Positions 60,191 through 64,000 of a DNA stretch of 64,000 nt are shown piece after piece. Below the pieces are notes generated by a model. It made no database searches and was not told the origin of the DNA. It worked only from the letters and a program-made list of their open reading frames with translations. The stretch lies in assembly GCA_051362555.1 (NCBI GenBank), contig CM120642.1, forward strand, positions 682,001 through 746,000. The letters run 5' to 3'. A program made the translations under genes and the position numbers. This stretch comes from Lingula anatina (Eukaryota; Animalia; Brachiopoda). Numbering within the stretch: position 1 is the first letter of the stretch; each line of letters starts with the position of its first letter.

Positions 60191-62568
60191 TTTGGCACTG
60201 ATCACTTAGAGGTTAAAGCAGGTGGGGGGTCTGGAAGTGAAAGATACTAGCTGTCAGTGCCTCAAAAATTAGCAATAATGATGAGGGAACACGTACCATT
60301 TAAGATTGGGTAAAACAAGTAAGACCAGAAACCAGGACTAGAAGACCTCACAACTTCCTGGGAGTTACTAAGGTGAAAATTGAGGTTCTGATAAGTAGAT
60401 AACATGGTTGCAGTCACCCAACTGAGTAGCAATCACAAGAATCGCATTACAAGAGCTTTGACTAAAATATTTTCTTGCCATGCCCAAACATCATGGTTTG
60501 TCACTGAAGGATTGAGAGAGAGAATCATAAGGTTATTAAATGCAAGCTTTGGTTGGCAAGATACCATCAGGAGACATGATGCAAATCCTTCAGTAACTCA
60601 CTGGCTCAGTCAGAGGTTAACAGGAACAGGGAGTTAGTCAACAGACCCAGGTCAATTTGACATTGTGTCAAAACCCCAGTTAAGGATCATTTTGGTTATT
60701 TGTCTGACATGCTGAACCTTACTGCCATTGCTTGAATGCTACAAGTATTCCCCAACAGTCACTAACCTTATCATCAATGACCATACTGTTAGAAGCCATG
60801 AAAGGTAGTAAACTCTCTGCGCAAGGTTCTAGGCAGTTTAACCAATATTACTTACAAGACAGAACAGCTTGCATGATATTGTCAACCCATCACAAACGCA
60901 GGACTCATCAAAAATGGTAACTAAATGACTTTACTGAGATCAGATTTATAGCCCTGAATAGCAATGGCAGAATTCCCATGTACAGGCAAGTCCAGTTAGA
61001 CACGACCATAAGCCAGCACCACTAATATGGTGGTGGAGGTGTAATGGAAACATTCTAAAAGTTAACAACCCATGTCCTCACTGTGCAAGAATTGCAGCAG
61101 ATTTCCTTTGGCAGAGGAATGTCTTCAGAAAGGAATGCCCTGCCCATTTGCCCGATATGCACCCTTATAGAACCACCTACCCCTATGATTTCAGTAGAAT
61201 CACCATCCACCAGTAGATCTCAATAAGCACATTCAAAGCAGTTTCCCAGATAGTAATTGCACTATGGAGAGGCATTGTAAAAGACGTGGTTTCCAGAGGT
61301 GGACACATGTGATGTACTGAAAATAGTCTTAGAGCTGTGAATTTAAATTTTGACTCCTCTTCCTTTTCATGCTCATTTGCAATGATTATGATACTAGATA
61401 GTAATGATACTACAGTAGATAGTTAAGGTCAAACACAGTGCACAATTCTATACTAGTAAATGTATTGTTTACAGTTACAATTTATTTACATTATAAGATT
61501 TTGGACAGTAAACGTTCAATTTTAAAATCTGATTTTCTCGGTGTTCCTTCATTTCTTTTGAGCAGTGTAGAATTCTGTTTTACTATGCTAGCATTTTATG
61601 TGTGCACTCACTTATTGATCCAGTGTCATTTATCTCATGAAACAAAAAATAAAATAGATAAAAATCACTGCTGGCAAGGAATATCATTGGACTAGGATCT
61701 GGATTTGGAGATGTTTTGGAAATTCAGATAGTTGAATTATTTCACTACTTACCCTGATTTATCGTGCTAGAAATGGTTCATGGTTAGTTCATGGAAAGAC
61801 AGCACTTATAGCGTCAAGCTTCATGGTGGATAATATTTTGAAATATTTTTGTTTTGAAAATTTATAAAGACAATTATCTTTGTTCTGAAAGAAAATGTTG
61901 TTAATTTATAAAATTGGCAGATAAAAATCAGTGACAGCTTATGATCCAAAACACTGTTAAGATTGTGTTCCTCGGGTAAATCATTTTCTTCCAAAGTATC
62001 TAGATAAATAGATGTTTTACTTATCTTAGCAATAGTTTATCATCTTAAGCAAAACCAAGATATCTATAGAAGCAATGTGTATTCAACCTCTTCTTAATGA
62101 GATCTTTTACTATTGATCAGGTTGCATAAGTCTGTAAGCCAACTGGTCAATACAAGAGTCCGTACACACACTCATAGGTGGCTTGTAAAGAACGTGTTGT
62201 TATTCCGTTAATAATTCAAATTGGTTTTTGTCGTAGTGTTGTTCTGAGTCATTTACCTGCTGTTGCATTTGACAACTGTGTTACCTGAATAAGGAAAGCA
62301 ATAATCATTAAGAGGTCATGTGTGGAATGAATGGAGGATGGTTATGGACCCTTGTGTGTGGTGCATGTTGTCTTTCATTCAGCAGGGTGATATTTTCTTA
62401 CTATCAAAACTGTTTGAATTTTCTGCCTCCTTATTAAGAGTTTATGTAACACAGTACAGCCTCTTCCTTGCACTGCTGAATTATTACTATGTTAAGTTAA
62501 TGGTTCTTTACTGGGCAACTTCTTGTTTTAAATTTTAAATATAAAAAGCAACTATTTGTCAGAACACA

Positions 62569-62608
<40 letters not shown>

Positions 62609-64000
62609 CCTATTGAGAAGAGCAGGACACTATGTCGCACCTGTAAACTGCCTAACTATTTGAACTTCACATATTTGTTATCTGTATGTATATATCCAAT
62701 CTATGCAAGCAGAGACAAAATTTCCTGACAAAAAGCTTAGATAAATTTAAATCAATATATCTTGTCTATCAGTTGACATAAGCAGTAACCCATGAGAGAT
62801 GGCAACATATATATGATATGGGTATAGAAAGCTGGAGTACATGTTTAGTGATAACAGAAATTAATGAGAACAGTGTACAAGAAATGTTGTAAATTCTGTT
62901 AAATTTTCAGTAAGTATCTGTTATCAAACATCAATATTGGACAAATAAACTACGGCAAAAGAAAGAGATCATGCATAAATGCTAATACTCTGCATGAGGT
63001 AATGCAATTGAACTGTGGCCACCACACAGTTTAACACTGCGATTGGTCTTGGTAGAGCCAAAGAAAGGACTGTTTTAACAGAAGTCCTTCTCTAAGATTG
63101 CATTAACGGAGAGTAAGCAGGGCTGAAATTACTGTATTATTGATCATCTGCCTTTTAACCCAGGACTGAAATCAATATCTGAGTAGACAAACCACCAAAC
63201 ATCTCTCGTGTTCATTTTTATATTGGGACAGCATTTACCATAACAGTAAATGACCAATGTGATAGACATTTTGGATTTAAGTATTCCTAAAGACAAATGT
63301 TGTACTAATTTGAAACCAAGTCTTAAAAGAAATCTGGAATAAAATATCACTCCATGTGAAGCAAGGCTTTTCCCAGGATTTGGGGTACAGGGAGTCCAGA
63401 AGGAAAATGTGCTATTTGGTAGCGGATTTACAGGAAGCCCTACAAAGTCTCAAAAAAAAAAAAAAAATACCATGAGCGAAAGGGTGGGAGATACAAATAC
63501 TAGTAATAAAAAAGAAATATATATTAAAAATTATTTTAAAATTATAATTTAGTACTTAAATATAACTCATATTCCAACAGAATGAATTGAAGAATATTCC
63601 AGACCATCCTGGCAAGTCAAGCTGTCACTTAATAATGAAATTGTAAGCTGTCATTGAAATTATAGTCTGTGTGGTGATGCTGGTGGCCGTCCAAGTGATG
63701 GCTGAATGGTTTGCTGGGAAAAGCCTTGATCTGCTGTGAATGTCTCCCCAGAATATTTCCTTAAAAACCCGTCCTTTTATGTTACCAGAAGTCCCGTCTA
63801 TTTTAGTGAGGTCTTCTGTACTTTGAGTAGAATATAGAAAAACAGGTGATTATAGGATTACACTGGAAGCAAGAGGAAGCTTGTAAGTCTGTCAGTCTGA
63901 CTGCATTCAGCGTGAGTCCCCATGGTGATGGTGTACAGGGTCAACAAAATTCACTGCAAATGGTCCCTAAGATATTTGTTTTATTTCCAGGGATTTTCTG
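59378..64000 (+). CDS. DNM: Classical dynamin, 5' part; exon 59378-59541 and start of the next exon at 63991
   Basis: [55 protein letters not shown]|gtaggc, then ttccag|G GAT TTT CTG giving the conserved GRDFL. Confidence 0.95.
60127..60189. repeat. Poly-C tract (~48 nt pure C)
   Basis: Homopolymer in dynamin intron 1. Confidence 0.9.
62563..62608. repeat. (CA)n(GA)n microsatellite
   Basis: Compound dinucleotide run. Confidence 0.9.

Noticed and set aside
59909-60205. Gly-rich ORF
   Set aside because: Produced by the poly-C tract.
60250-61320. Less AT-rich stretch in dynamin intron 1, possibly an old transposon
   Set aside because: No recognisable motif, terminus or second copy in the window.

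Overview
AT-rich genomic DNA from an animal, probably an invertebrate (GT-AG introns, many transposons; the taxon cannot be fixed from sequence alone). The first ~44 kb is transposon-dense: Tc1/mariner relics, L2-like and RTE-like LINE fragments, a near-intact Gypsy element, an intact BEL/Pao element whose 5' LTR carries a 3-kb insertion, and many MITEs. Between these lies a multi-exon gene that the ORF track does not assemble: a signal-peptide exon, six phase-1 EGF exons and a 14-nt terminal coding exon (24564-33495), predicting a ~296-aa secreted protein made only of EGF modules. Four modules have a non-canonical cysteine spacing, and one appears to be completed by an 18-nt micro-exon. The 3' end of a paralogue lies at 6296-7000. 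The last 20 kb holds two head-to-head housekeeping pairs: CutA(-)/HDHD3-like(+, with an unexpected acidic and zinc-finger-like tail) and TRUB2(-, catalytic Asp apparently replaced by His)/dynamin(+, runs off the window). All exon models were read by eye and have no transcript support here.
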